The notes below the pieces were generated by a model, which saw nothing but the letters and a program-made list of their open reading frames with translations, searched no databases and was not told the origin of the DNA. A stretch of DNA of 64,000 nt from a virus (taxonomy: Duplodnaviria; Caudoviricetes). The DNA lies in IMG/VR virus record IMGVR_UViG_3300027749_000034; one strand, given 5' to 3'. Shown here one piece after another: positions 63,886 to 64,000 of the stretch (position 1 is the stretch's first letter; every line of letters begins with the position of its first letter). Position numbers and translations under genes: made by a program.

Positions 63886-64000
63886 ATGCGTTGGGTTGCA
63901 CTTGCATGTACCGCCGAGAATGAAATACTCGCTTGGTCCAATGATTTATCAATTTTAGAAAGTGGATGCTCGGGAGAATTCCGAGCAATTTGCAGAATCT
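63886..64000 (+). CDS. Hypothetical protein, 3' truncated by window edge
   Basis: AGGAGA SD; frame is open to the end of the window. Confidence 0.5.
   Translation, partial: MRWVALACTAENEILAWSNDLSILESGCSGEFRAICRI

Noticed and set aside
1-64000. Alternative genetic code (stop-codon recoding) as in some jumbo phages
   Set aside because: Long conserved genes are intact under the standard code, and TAA, TGA and TAG terminate genes at expected places.
1-64000. tRNA genes or a CRISPR array
   Set aside because: Intergenic gaps are short; I saw no cloverleaf with a TTCGA T-loop and no repeat-spacer periodicity. A tRNAscan-SE run would be the decisive check.

Overview
This 64 kb window is part of a large lytic dsDNA tailed phage genome (T4-related, jumbo-like, probably infecting an aquatic proteobacterium). 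It is densely coding, mostly on the + strand, and uses the standard genetic code. I found no tRNA, rRNA, CRISPR array, integrase or intron/intein. Layout: (1) 1-3.7 kb, two Pol-beta-type nucleotidyltransferases and a PD-(D/E)xK-like protein whose N-terminus resembles the T4 capsid-targeting sequence; (2) 3.7-11.8 kb, a curli-type module (CsgF, CsgG with an SH3-like tail, two curlin-repeat proteins, a FecR protein) ending in a CHASE2 adenylate cyclase; (3) 12.5-14.4 kb, a minus-strand operon with an acyl-lipid desaturase; (4) 14.5-22.6 kb, large modular proteins studded with prohead-protease-like [ILV]xE sites, a GH19 endolysin and a probable virion protein; (5) 22.6-32.7 kb, a late-promoter-driven cluster of glycan and tailoring enzymes; (6) 32.7-36.6 kb, small early genes including an expanded Trp-rich paralog family and SpeD; (7) family B DNA polymerase and a probable clamp, followed by a 7-deazaguanine DNA-modification region (DpdA, an LxxxHRHxF T-fold protein, a GT-B glycosyltransferase, GalE, a cytidylyltransferase, FolE, a PRTase, MazG, QueE; no QueC in the window); (8) RNase H, a MoxR ATPase with a vWA partner, a sterol-desaturase-family gene and hypothetical genes. 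Two promoter classes are visible: sigma70-like TTGAC-17-TAnAAT, often with embedded palindromes, and late TAAATA/TAAGTA boxes, many sitting 4-5 nt before an ATG with no Shine-Dalgarno, which predicts leaderless late mRNAs. The best candidates for new biology are a possible glycosylated deazaguanine DNA modification, the curli-FecR-cyclase envelope signalling module, and a set of capsid-packaged, protease-processed effector polyproteins. All protein calls come from reading motifs by eye; no database searches were run.
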